Below are positions 26,072 through 35,273 of a stretch of DNA of 64,000 nt, piece by piece. The position numbers were made by a program, and so were the translations under genes. Every line of letters begins with the position of its first letter. Positions within the stretch are counted from its first letter, which is position 1. The DNA is from a virus: positions 1 to 64,000 of the IMG/VR virus record IMGVR_UViG_3300033067_000713, one strand, 5' to 3'. Below the pieces are notes generated by a model. The model had not been told where the DNA came from. It searched no databases and saw only the letters and a program-made list of their open reading frames with translations.

Positions 26072-26702
26072 CAATGCTCAAGAAGCTTTTGAAACAATTT
26101 TTGATATTATCTTAATTAATGGTATTGAAAAAAATGGAACAAAAGCTATATTTAATTGTGGTTTTACTATCAATAATCCATTAGATAATGAAATTAATAC
26201 TTCATATAGAAAATGGAATAAAGAATATGCTGATATAGAATGGCAATGGTACTTATCTAAAAATAGATCTGTAAAAGAGCTTAAAAAAAGAGCTAAAATA
26301 TGGGATTCTATGCATAATGGAGATAACATTGTTAATTCTAATTATGGATACCAATGGGATAGAAATGATCAATTAAATAAAGTTATAGAAATTTTAAAAA
26401 ATGATAAAAATACTAGAAAAGCTTTAATTACAATTTATGATGGTAAAGAAATAAATGATTATAAATATGATACTCCTTGTACAATTGGTATAAGATTTTG
26501 GATATTAGATAATAAACTAAATATGGATGTTATGATGAGATCTAATGATTTAGTTTATGGATTTTGTAATGACCAATATTGTTTTAGTAAATTAATGCAA
26601 ATTGTTTCTGAAAAACTTAATATTTCTATAGGAAAATATCATCATTTTGTAAATGATTTACATATTTATCAAAAACATTATAATTTTAAAAACAAATGTT
26701 AA
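26061..26702 (+). CDS. deoxynucleotide 5-hydroxymethyltransferase of the thymidylate synthase superfamily; closest to T4 gp42 dCMP hydroxymethylase
   Basis: Segment-by-segment match to T4 gp42: IEWQWYLSKNRS vs ELEWYKSKS; KIWDSMHNGDNIVNSNYGYQW vs KIWQQVASSKGEINSNYGWAIW; DTPCTIGIRFW...MRSNDLVYGFCNDQYCF vs DFMCTNTVQYL...MRSNDVVFGFRNDYAW, including the Asp that specifies dCMP; DLHIYQKHY vs SLHVYSRHF. Catalytic Cys in TPC. Length 213 aa. Confidence 0.7.
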   Translation: MTFNNAQEAFETIFDIILINGIEKNGTKAIFNCGFTINNPLDNEINTSYRKWNKEYADIEWQWYLSKNRSVKELKKRAKIWDSMHNGDNIVNSNYGYQWDRNDQLNKVIEILKNDKNTRKALITIYDGKEINDYKYDTPCTIGIRFWILDNKLNMDVMMRSNDLVYGFCNDQYCFSKLMQIVSEKLNISIGKYHHFVNDLHIYQKHYNFKNKC

Positions 26703-26768
26703 CATATTTAGGAAAAGAAGATTGGATATATACTTTATATATCTTACAATTAAACAAAAACAAATAAA

Positions 26769-27020
26769 ATGAGAAAAGTGGAAGTAAAAAATGCTAAGAC
26801 TAAGTCTAAAGGCAAAAAAGGAAAAATGTGTAAAGTTGATTATAATGCAAAAGCTGTAGAATTTCTAGCTTCTAGAAAAGGTACAGTTATTCAAAAAGGC
26901 AACTTAGTATCTAGTATTGCTACAGCAGTAAAATGTTCTTCTAGAACAGCTTATAGAGTTGTAGATACGTTAATTGCTACTAATAAAGTATCAAAAGTAA
27001 ATTTGATCAAGATTAATTAA
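26769..27020 (+). CDS. hypothetical basic small protein
   Basis: ORF of 83 aa that is Lys-rich. Confidence 0.45.
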   Translation: MRKVEVKNAKTKSKGKKGKMCKVDYNAKAVEFLASRKGTVIQKGNLVSSIATAVKCSSRTAYRVVDTLIATNKVSKVNLIKIN

Positions 27021-27274
27021 TGGGAAAAATACTCCTAATTATCGTCATTATAGTTCTTGTAGTTCTTTTATTATTATTTTCAAAGAAAGATAATACAATC
27101 TTTCCTGAAGATCCTAAAAAAAAGAAATTACAAGAACTTGTTGATGATTTAAGAATTGAAATACTTGTACATAGAAGAGAAGCTAAGTCAGGTAAAGTAC
27201 AAGCATTAGTTGCTCTTGAAATATATGAAAAAGAGTTAAAAGATGCTGAAGAATTATTAGAAAAATATAACTAA
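27020..27274 (+). CDS. small membrane protein (N-terminal transmembrane helix)
   Basis: N-terminal ILLIIVIIVLVVLLLLF followed by a charged helical tail. It sits directly upstream of the SPFH gene. Confidence 0.45.
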   Translation: MGKILLIIVIIVLVVLLLLFSKKDNTIFPEDPKKKKLQELVDDLRIEILVHRREAKSGKVQALVALEIYEKELKDAEELLEKYN

Positions 27275-27294
27275 ATTAAATAAACTAAATTATT

Positions 27295-28515
27295 ATGAAT
27301 AAAAAATTAATTATGACCTTAGTAGGTCTTGCGCTTGCTATTATTGTATTTGTAGCTATTAATCCATTTTCTTGGAATGAAGCTGGTAATAGAACTATTG
27401 TAACTACAGCTAGTGGTAAACAATTTGTGCAATATGATGCAGGTATGTTTTATGCTGGATTTTTCTCTAAAAAAGTAGAATTTCCAAACCAAATTTCAGT
27501 ATCTTATAAAGAAGATAAGGCTGATTATGATTTAGAAGATAATACTATTGAAATAGGTAAAGTAAGTATTAGATTTAATGATGCAACTGTAGCTTCTGTT
27601 ACAGGTATTGTTCAATATGTATTACCTAGTGGAGAAAAAGAAATGTTAGATGTATATAATACTCATAAAACTCCTGAAGCTTTAGTAAAACGTAGATTAG
27701 CTCCTTATACACAAGAATGTTTACAATCATCTTCACAGCTTATGTCTAGTGAGATGCATTACTCAGGTGGTAGAGCACAAATGGTACAAGATTATCTTGA
27801 TCAATTAAAAAATGGTGCTTTTTTGTTAAAAATATCTGAAGCTAATATATTTGATAGTATAGAAAAAACTAATAAAAAAGTTTATGCTACTATTATGCAA
27901 GTTGATAAAAATGGTACACCTAAACGTAAATTTAGTTCTATTAAAGAATATGAAATTAGTGTAGGTGATGCTCAAGTAACAGATGTTGATTATGAAGAAA
28001 AAGTAGATCAGATGTTAGCTAAGAAAATTGATGCTGCAACTAAAGCATCTATATCTAAACAAGAATTAATGACTGCTCAACAAAATCAATTAACAGCAGA
28101 AGCTAAAGGTAAAGCTAATTTAGTTACTATTGAATATCAACAAAAGCAAGAGCAAACTAAACAAGTTGTAGCTGCACAAACTCAAGTAGAGTTAGCTAAA
28201 CAAGATTTAGATAGACAAGCTATAATGGAAAAAGCTGCTTTAAAAGAAGCTTCTAAAATTAAAATTCTTGCAGATGCTAATGCTTATGAAAAACAAAGAG
28301 ATATACAAGCCAATGGAGCTTTAGAACAAAAATTAGAAGCATTAGTTGCTATTAATACTGTTTGGGCTAATAATTTTGGTAAATATACTGGAAATATTGT
28401 ACCTACTTGGATGAGTGGAGGTTCTGGTGGAACTAGTAATGGTTTTCAAGATCAAATGAATCTTATGAATCTCAAAATTATGAGAGATTTAAATGTAGAT
28501 TTAAAAAATAAATAA
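27295..28515 (+). CDS. SPFH/band-7 (stomatin/HflK/C-like) membrane protein
   Basis: N-terminal transmembrane helix (LVGLALAIIVFVAI), a central SPFH-like region, and a long Ala/Glu/Gln/Lys-rich coiled coil (AEAKGKANLV...QVELAKQDLDRQAIMEKAALKEA) typical of HflK/C. Confidence 0.65.
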   Translation: MNKKLIMTLVGLALAIIVFVAINPFSWNEAGNRTIVTTASGKQFVQYDAGMFYAGFFSKKVEFPNQISVSYKEDKADYDLEDNTIEIGKVSIRFNDATVASVTGIVQYVLPSGEKEMLDVYNTHKTPEALVKRRLAPYTQECLQSSSQLMSSEMHYSGGRAQMVQDYLDQLKNGAFLLKISEANIFDSIEKTNKKVYATIMQVDKNGTPKRKFSSIKEYEISVGDAQVTDVDYEEKVDQMLAKKIDAATKASISKQELMTAQQNQLTAEAKGKANLVTIEYQQKQEQTKQVVAAQTQVELAKQDLDRQAIMEKAALKEASKIKILADANAYEKQRDIQANGALEQKLEALVAINTVWANNFGKYTGNIVPTWMSGGSGGTSNGFQDQMNLMNLKIMRDLNVDLKNK

Positions 28516-28713
28516 TTACTTTTGTAAAAAATTGTACCAACAAACCTCTGTATATGTTTAAATGTTGAGTGCCCTGTATAAGAGCTAGACGAACTACAGG
28601 TAGCTATATAAGATTATTTTAAAATTGCAAGACACTGAAAGTTGGATTATTAGTGTACCAACTGCAATATAATGCTTATATTAATCCAAGAAGCTCAAGT
28701 CGCTTGGTATTTT

Positions 28714-28786
28714 GTACTTATATCTTAATTGGTAAAGAACTATGCTCATAACATAGGATATTTAGGTTCAAGTCCTAATAAGTACA
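28714..28786 (+). tRNA. tRNA-Met(CAT) (or Ile2 if lysidinylated)
   Basis: Manual cloverleaf. Acceptor GTACTTA/TAAGTAC. D arm TCTT-AATTGGTA-AAGA. Anticodon stem CTATG/CATAG with loop CTCATAA (anticodon CAT). T arm TTAGG-TTCAAGT-CCTAA. Discriminator A. Confidence 0.7.
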
Positions 28787-28880
28787 CTAAAAATAAATAA
28801 AATGGGAAGAATATTAGTAATTTAACATTTTGTATTAGTAATATTACATGGAACATAGTATATTTGTATAAAATATAATT

Positions 28881-28982
28881 ATGAATATACAAGTAATTAA
28901 AGGCACTCTTTTAGGAGATGCTTGGATACAAAAACATAAAAATAGAAGCAATGAATACTTACAATTTAAAATTAACAGATGA
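28881..28982 (+). pseudogene. 33-aa remnant of a LAGLIDADG homing endonuclease N-terminus
   Basis: MNIQVIKGTLLGDAWIQKHKNRSNEYLQFKINR: the GTLLGDAWI segment matches the first LAGLIDADG helix pattern. It ends in a TGA that overlaps the next gene start. Confidence 0.3.
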
Positions 28983-29782
28983 ACAAAGAAAATTTAGAAA
29001 TAATAAATACAAGTAATAAACCAAAAAGAACTTTATGTGCTGGTGATTTGCATGGAGGACATAAAGCATTAGTTCAGGTTTTAGAAAGAAGTAATTTTAA
29101 TTATGAAGAAGATTTATTAATACAATTAGGAGATGTAGTTGATGGATATTCAGAATCTTATGAAGTAATTGAAGAACTTTTAAAAATTCAAAATAAGTGT
29201 AAATTTAAACCTATATTTATATTAGGTAATCATGATGAATGGATGTTACAACATATTGATTTTAATCAACATGGTAGTAATTGGCATCAAGGAGCAGAAG
29301 CCACTAGACAATCTTATATTGATAATATAGGTGATTTAAATATACCAGAATCTCATCAAAAATTCTTTAAAAATCTTAAAAAATATTATAAAGATGAAGA
29401 TAATAATATATTTGTTCATGGTGGATTTAATAGACATCTTTTATTAACTGAACAACAAATTCCGTATATATATTATTGGGATAGAGATCTTTGGATGCAA
29501 GCAATGTATTCTAAAAATTTACAAGATATTGAAGAAGAAATGTTACCTCTTAATAGAAAAATAATTAAACTTAATATTAAAGAGAAATGTAAAGAAATAT
29601 TTATTGGTCATACTACTACTTTAATGTGGAAAACTGATTATCCGATGAATGCTTGTAATATTTGGAATCTTGATACAGGTTGTGGATATAATGGAAAATT
29701 AAGTTTAATAGATATTGATACTAAAGAAGTATTTCAAAGTGATAATTTAAGAGAATTATATCCAAATGAGTCAGGAAGATAA
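28979..29782 (+). CDS. Ser/Thr-phosphatase / ApaH-like metallophosphatase (calcineurin-like)
   Basis: Motifs LCAGDLHGG, LIQLGDVVDGY and ILGNHDEWM (GDxHG / GDxxDRG / GNHE pattern). Confidence 0.75.
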   Translation: MNKENLEIINTSNKPKRTLCAGDLHGGHKALVQVLERSNFNYEEDLLIQLGDVVDGYSESYEVIEELLKIQNKCKFKPIFILGNHDEWMLQHIDFNQHGSNWHQGAEATRQSYIDNIGDLNIPESHQKFFKNLKKYYKDEDNNIFVHGGFNRHLLLTEQQIPYIYYWDRDLWMQAMYSKNLQDIEEEMLPLNRKIIKLNIKEKCKEIFIGHTTTLMWKTDYPMNACNIWNLDTGCGYNGKLSLIDIDTKEVFQSDNLRELYPNESGR

Positions 29783-29999
29783 TGTAAATAAATTAATAGT
29801 ATTCTTAATAAGAATGCAAAAAATAGGTATTAATATAGAATTAATGGGTAATTATCCGTGGATTTATATTTATTCTATAAATGGTAAAAGAGTAAAAGAA
29901 AAATTCTTAGCAGAACATGGTTTTACAATTATGTTTCAAAATACTAAAGAATTTACTGATATTAATGAAATATTTAAATTAATAAGAAAGTACAAATGA
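29766..29999 (+). CDS. hypothetical protein
   Basis: ORF of 77 aa. Confidence 0.45.
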   Translation: MSQEDNVNKLIVFLIRMQKIGINIELMGNYPWIYIYSINGKRVKEKFLAEHGFTIMFQNTKEFTDINEIFKLIRKYK

Positions 30000-30709
30000 A
30001 AACAATAGAAGAATTTAACACAAAATATAAAGATTATCTTGAAACTGGTCATTATGGTTTAGATATAGGAGATGTAACTATTATAGAATATTTAGATAAA
30101 CAATTTGAAGATTTAATTAAAATACCAGGATTTAAATATTCTCAAATTAAACTTAAATTTAATAGTTGTAGATTTTATAATAATTTACATGATATATTAC
30201 CTACTATTGGTAGTGAAATCAGTAATAAAATTGAAAAATATATTAGTAATTATTTTTTAATTTTAGATAAAAAAGTTGAAGATAAAAAAGAAAAAATTAA
30301 AGATTTAAGAATAGTTCTTAATAGAATTAAAACTCCAGATGGTACAATATTAACTAGTTTTGGAACTCATGATTATGTAGAACATCATGATGCTAATGGT
30401 AAATATTATGCTGTAGATGGTGGTAATAGTTATTTAAAAAGAGTATATGATATTGCAGATTATGAAGAATTATCTGTGTATGAAAATGATACTTTTGAAA
30501 AAATAAGAGAATCTTTTCATAGAGGTGGAAGAGGTAAAATAGGTGATGAAGCATTAACTTGGATTCCTATGAATAAAATGAATAATAACTGGTTACAAGC
30601 TTGTATTGTTTATAATGCTGAAAGAGGATTAAAAGATAGTTTTGCTAGTCAAATGTATCAAAAAGAGTTAGATTATAGAAAAGAGAATAATATTTTTATA
30701 AATGAGTAG
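29996..30709 (+). CDS. hypothetical protein
   Basis: ORF of 237 aa. Confidence 0.5.
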   Translation: MKTIEEFNTKYKDYLETGHYGLDIGDVTIIEYLDKQFEDLIKIPGFKYSQIKLKFNSCRFYNNLHDILPTIGSEISNKIEKYISNYFLILDKKVEDKKEKIKDLRIVLNRIKTPDGTILTSFGTHDYVEHHDANGKYYAVDGGNSYLKRVYDIADYEELSVYENDTFEKIRESFHRGGRGKIGDEALTWIPMNKMNNNWLQACIVYNAERGLKDSFASQMYQKELDYRKENNIFINE

Positions 30710-30938
30710 AAGTTTTAAAAAACATTCTATTTATCGTGATCATAATAGATATTTCTTTAAACTTGCTAATAGAATAATTAGACATATTACTAAACAAAAA
30801 TTAAAAACTGAAGAAGATCCTATGTTACCTATTAGTAAATCTGAAGTAGTTAATGATTATAATGTGTCTGATTATTCTGTTTATGATTTAGATGGTAAAT
30901 GGTTTGGTAAAGGTAAATTAAAAAAATTTTTTAAATAA
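30702..30938 (+). CDS. hypothetical basic protein
   Basis: ORF of 78 aa. Confidence 0.45.
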   Translation: MSRSFKKHSIYRDHNRYFFKLANRIIRHITKQKLKTEEDPMLPISKSEVVNDYNVSDYSVYDLDGKWFGKGKLKKFFK

Positions 30939-32044
30939 TGGAAAATGAAAATAGTGTCTGTTATGTAAACAGAATAAATAAAATAGAACCTATAGAAGGT
31001 GCTGATAAAATAGAATTATGTTTTGTTAATGGATGGTCTTCTATTACACAAAAAGGTATTCATAAAGTAGGAGAATTAGTAGTTTGTATTACTACAGATG
31101 CTGTTATTCCTGAAAATTTAGCTTATGAATTTGGAATTATTAATTATTTAAGAAATAAATCTAGAGTAAGAACAGTTAAATTAAAAGGAGTTTATAGTGA
31201 ATGTATATTAGTACCACAAATTAAAATTAAAAGAACTTTAAATCAAGGAGATGATTTAATGGAATTTTTAAATATTTATAAATATGAACCACCAGTAAGA
31301 CAGGTAAATTTAGCTGGAGGTAGAAAAGTTAAATATAAAGATAATCCTAATTTTAAAGTATATTATAAATTTCCTAATCAGAAAAATGTACCTAATATGT
31401 TTAATGAGGAAGATTATGTAGTTATTACTCGTAAAATGCATGGAACTAATGCTAGGTATGGAATTGTTAAAAAACATAAATTATCTATCATAGATAAAAT
31501 TAAAAAGTTTTTTGGTAATAAATGGATAGAATTTGAGTATGTTTATGGCTCACATAACGTAGAAAAAGGTTCTGATTCACAAGGATTTTATTCTACTGAT
31601 ATTTGGAAAGAAATAGCTGATAAATATAGTATTAAAGAAAAATTATGGAAACTATTTAAAACAATAGATTCTAATGAAGATATTATAATTTATGGTGAAA
31701 TATTTGGACCAGGTGTACAAAAGAATTATGATTATAATTTATCTGAATTAAAATTTGAAATATTTGATATTTATGTAGGTTATGATTATTTAGGAGATTT
31801 ATTTTATAAAGGTATGATACAAGAACTTAATATAGCTGGTAGTGTAGAAGAGCTTTATCAAGGTAAATGGTCTAAAGAAATTCAAGATAGATTTGTATTT
31901 AATAATTATATAGAAAATACTAAAATTCCTCATGAAGGAGTAGTAGTAAAATGTGTTTCTGGTGATAGAAAAAGAGTAAGTAAAGTTATAAATCCTGATT
32001 ATTTAACTTATGGAGAAAAACATGGTACAACTGATAGTCATTAA
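30938..32044 (+). CDS. RNA ligase (Rnl2 family) with an N-terminal tRNA-binding OB domain (Trbp111/EMAP-II type)
   Basis: Nucleotidyltransferase motif I ITRKMHGTNARYG (T4 Rnl2 has KIHGTN). The N-terminal 100 aa INKIEPIEGADKIELCFVNGWSSITQKGIHKVGELVVCITTDAVIP match the tRNA-binding domain pattern. Confidence 0.65.
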   Translation: MENENSVCYVNRINKIEPIEGADKIELCFVNGWSSITQKGIHKVGELVVCITTDAVIPENLAYEFGIINYLRNKSRVRTVKLKGVYSECILVPQIKIKRTLNQGDDLMEFLNIYKYEPPVRQVNLAGGRKVKYKDNPNFKVYYKFPNQKNVPNMFNEEDYVVITRKMHGTNARYGIVKKHKLSIIDKIKKFFGNKWIEFEYVYGSHNVEKGSDSQGFYSTDIWKEIADKYSIKEKLWKLFKTIDSNEDIIIYGEIFGPGVQKNYDYNLSELKFEIFDIYVGYDYLGDLFYKGMIQELNIAGSVEELYQGKWSKEIQDRFVFNNYIENTKIPHEGVVVKCVSGDRKRVSKVINPDYLTYGEKHGTTDSH

Positions 32045-32142
32045 AATATATTAATAGTAAACCAGCTTCTGTGTTTGAAACTATTGATAAAGAATTAAAT
32101 GTTAATGATTTAATTAATACTTTAGTAAAAAAGTTACAATAA

Positions 32143-32173
32143 AAAGAAAAGCCACTTAATTGTGGCTTTTTTT
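32143..32173. terminator. bidirectional intrinsic terminator at the strand switch
   Basis: An A-run, then GCCAC (32151-32155), loop TTAATT, GTGGC (32162-32166), then TTTTTTT. It lies between convergent gene blocks. Confidence 0.6.
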
Positions 32174-32183
32174 AAACTTTCTG

Positions 32184-35100
32184 TTATCTTGTTTGTTGAT
32201 TATATTTTTCTACCATATTAATATCAAGTTGTTTAATACCTCCACCAAAAGTTTTAATAAATTTACGTTTTAATTTATTTTCACCTGCTCTTACACCTGT
32301 TGTATATTCTTCTGTAGGATCAAATGTTTGTATTATTAATTCAGATAATTGTTCAGCAGTAGATAATACTATAGCTGGAGATTTAAATGTTCTTAATGTT
32401 TCTTTTGGATTAGCATAAGTAAACATTTCACTATATAATCTTCTAGAAAAATAAGCTGCTACTAATAAACTAACATCTTTTTCTTCATCATCATCATACA
32501 TATTTTTTAAAGCTGTAGCTAACATTAATGCACATATAATTATAGTTGCTTCAGCAAGAGCTTTATGAATATTAGCTTTTTCTTCAATAGAAAGTTTATT
32601 CCAGTTTTCAGGAGCAGCAGATATACCTAAAGTTTTTAAATCTTTATACATACTCACTAAAAATCTAGTACCAGTAGTATATAAACCTTCTTCAAAAGTA
32701 CCTTTATCATAATTATATTCTAATTGTGCTAAAGTTAAATCTTCAGATTTTACTCCTACTTTAGTTATACCTTTAAATCTTTTTTCAAAACCTGGTATTA
32801 ACCAACTTCTCATTTGGAATACTAAATGACCTATAATAGTTCTTTGAGCTATAGATTTAGTTTTAGAATCACCATTACCAAATAATTCTCTACTTACTTT
32901 AGAATAATATTTAGATAATTTTCTTATATCATCAGTTTTTATATTATCAGTTCTTTCTGTTTTAACTACTTTTTTATTTAAAACTAATTTACCATTTTCA
33001 ACTGTATATGCAGAATCTACACCAATAGCTTTATTTCTATCTTTAGTAGGTTTAAAATCTTTATCTAAAAAATCACCATTTTCATCTAATACTTTAATAT
33101 TATCTAATACAGAATACATTAAAATAGTTTGTAAATGAGTTTCACCAGCATTATTCATAAATTGTAATGTACCATTAACACCTACTTTTTTAACAATATT
33201 ATTTTCTATGAATTTTTTATCATTAGGAGTAAATAATTTACCTATTTGAAATTCTCTTGCTAATAAATAAGATTTAGATGTAGGTACATTTTTAGTTGCA
33301 TCCATCATCATATTAGGTAAATCTAATGAGTATTTTTGATAAGCATTCATTCTATTTATTCTACCAAATGCTCCTGTTTTACCACCAATAGATTCTACCC
33401 ATTCCATTGCTATACCTTGAGTAAAGTTAGCTCCAGCAGATATTGGATTTAATGCTAAATGTGAAAAACTTGTTAAAGATTTAGCAGCATTTAATATTTT
33501 AAGAGTTTGTGGATTACCATCAACACTTATTCCATATACATTATGTTGTAATAAATTATGAAGATTTTTATAAATATTACTTTCAATACCTTTTTTAGGT
33601 GCTAAAGTACCATCTTTATTTGTTTTTAACCTGCCTTTCCAATCTCTTTGTATAATATCAGCACTACCTACAGTTTCTTTTAATAAAGAAATAGCAATTT
33701 CAACTTGTAATTTTTCACTATAATTTTTTACACTATTTAAATCAAGCATCATAATACCTAATAAATCATAAGATTGTGTTTTAGGATCTATTTTACCTCT
33801 AAAATGAACAGGTATATTTTGTTTTTCTCTACCAAATTCATCAGTAATAATTTCTACAGTATGATTATTTTTTTGTGCTTTTTTTCTTTCATCTAAATCT
33901 CCAAATTCTGTATCAGTATTATTTACTTTAAAGAAATCTACTATACTATTACTTGTTGTTTTTAATACATTTTCAGAATAAATTCTTTCTATAAGTTTTT
34001 TATTCATTGTAGGTAATCTATATCCTAATCTTAAACCATTAGTAATCATTTTATCTTTTTCTCTTTGTAATTTAACTATTTCATCATATAGTTTTTCAAC
34101 TGCTGTGTTTTTATATTTCCCTTCTTTTAAAGCTTTATATTGAACAGGGCTAGTAGCCATATTAACAATAAAACCTGTTAAATTACCTAATGAATCTTTT
34201 TCTAATAATGGTTCATATAATTCTTCCATATTAGATTTATTACCCATTTGAGCAATATATTCTTTATATAAAGGATCAAATATTTCAGCTTGTTCATTAA
34301 TTCTTTTAGTAGTATTAAAATCAGCTTTATTAATTAAATCTACAGCATAAGCTATTATAGGATTATTAATATCACTAGGATTACTTAATGTACTAACTAA
34401 ATAAGGAATATCTTCTATATTAACTAAAATATTATTTAAAAAATCTCTTTTCTCTGCTGTTATAAGACCTTTATTATCATTAATATAATTATTAATATAA
34501 TCTTTTCTAGCTTCTTTTAAAACATCTCCTTTTAATTTTTTAGCAGTATCAGAACCATTAAATTCTTTTTCTGCTTTTCTTTTATGATTTTCAGTAACTA
34601 CTTCAGCATAAGGTTCTAATTTCTTAACTGTTATATTTCTAGATATAATTTTAGTTCTTAAAAGAATATCATTTTGATGAGCTATTAAAGTATTTAAAGT
34701 AGGTATTAAATTTTTAAATTCTGGATTATTAATAGTATCTTTTTGTATATGTTTTAATACTTCAAATACACCAATGTATTCCATTGTATTATTTAAACTT
34801 TTTTGTGTATAATCTACAGATACTTTACCATTTCTAAAATCTTTCTCTATTTCATCTATACTATTTAATCCTGAATTTATAATTTGTTCAGACATTTTTA
34901 TAAATTCTATAATAGCATCATCAACTTGTAAATTTTTTAGATTTTCTAATAATTCAGCATATTTTTTAATATAAGCTTCTTTAGTTTCTCTAGCTTCTAA
35001 TTTACCTATCTTTTTTTCAATAAAAGATATAGCTTTTTCTATTACTTTTTGTTTATCTAATATTTCTCTACTAATTTCTTCAGAATAATGACCTTCACTA

Positions 35101-35267
35101 ACTGTTTTAGTATTAACTTTTGCTAATATATGATCAGGATATTTATTACCATTTTCTACCCATATTCTATGAGCATCTACCTCTGCTGTAAGAGGATGAG
35201 GCATTTCTTTTAATAATTCTAAATGTTCAGCACTTTCATAAGGTGGACAATCTTGTACTTTTCCCAT
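32184..35267 (-). CDS. large hypothetical protein (1027 aa), probable virion or injected protein
   Basis: Long ORF at the start of the minus-strand block with no recognisable catalytic motif. Confidence 0.55.
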   Translation of the reverse strand: MGKVQDCPPYESAEHLELLKEMPHPLTAEVDAHRIWVENGNKYPDHILAKVNTKTVSEGHYSEEISREILDKQKVIEKAISFIEKKIGKLEARETKEAYIKKYAELLENLKNLQVDDAIIEFIKMSEQIINSGLNSIDEIEKDFRNGKVSVDYTQKSLNNTMEYIGVFEVLKHIQKDTINNPEFKNLIPTLNTLIAHQNDILLRTKIISRNITVKKLEPYAEVVTENHKRKAEKEFNGSDTAKKLKGDVLKEARKDYINNYINDNKGLITAEKRDFLNNILVNIEDIPYLVSTLSNPSDINNPIIAYAVDLINKADFNTTKRINEQAEIFDPLYKEYIAQMGNKSNMEELYEPLLEKDSLGNLTGFIVNMATSPVQYKALKEGKYKNTAVEKLYDEIVKLQREKDKMITNGLRLGYRLPTMNKKLIERIYSENVLKTTSNSIVDFFKVNNTDTEFGDLDERKKAQKNNHTVEIITDEFGREKQNIPVHFRGKIDPKTQSYDLLGIMMLDLNSVKNYSEKLQVEIAISLLKETVGSADIIQRDWKGRLKTNKDGTLAPKKGIESNIYKNLHNLLQHNVYGISVDGNPQTLKILNAAKSLTSFSHLALNPISAGANFTQGIAMEWVESIGGKTGAFGRINRMNAYQKYSLDLPNMMMDATKNVPTSKSYLLAREFQIGKLFTPNDKKFIENNIVKKVGVNGTLQFMNNAGETHLQTILMYSVLDNIKVLDENGDFLDKDFKPTKDRNKAIGVDSAYTVENGKLVLNKKVVKTERTDNIKTDDIRKLSKYYSKVSRELFGNGDSKTKSIAQRTIIGHLVFQMRSWLIPGFEKRFKGITKVGVKSEDLTLAQLEYNYDKGTFEEGLYTTGTRFLVSMYKDLKTLGISAAPENWNKLSIEEKANIHKALAEATIIICALMLATALKNMYDDDEEKDVSLLVAAYFSRRLYSEMFTYANPKETLRTFKSPAIVLSTAEQLSELIIQTFDPTEEYTTGVRAGENKLKRKFIKTFGGGIKQLDINMVEKYNQQTR

Positions 35268-35273
35268 AATATT

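Noticed and set aside
32045-32140. A 35-codon open frame without an ATG (SLKYINSKPASVFETIDKELNVNDLINTLVKKLQ) between the RNA ligase stop and the terminator, possibly a frameshift or readthrough extension of the ligase.
   Set aside because: It is in the +2 frame relative to the ligase, with no slippery sequence or start codon. Most likely it is a chance open frame in a short AT-rich spacer.
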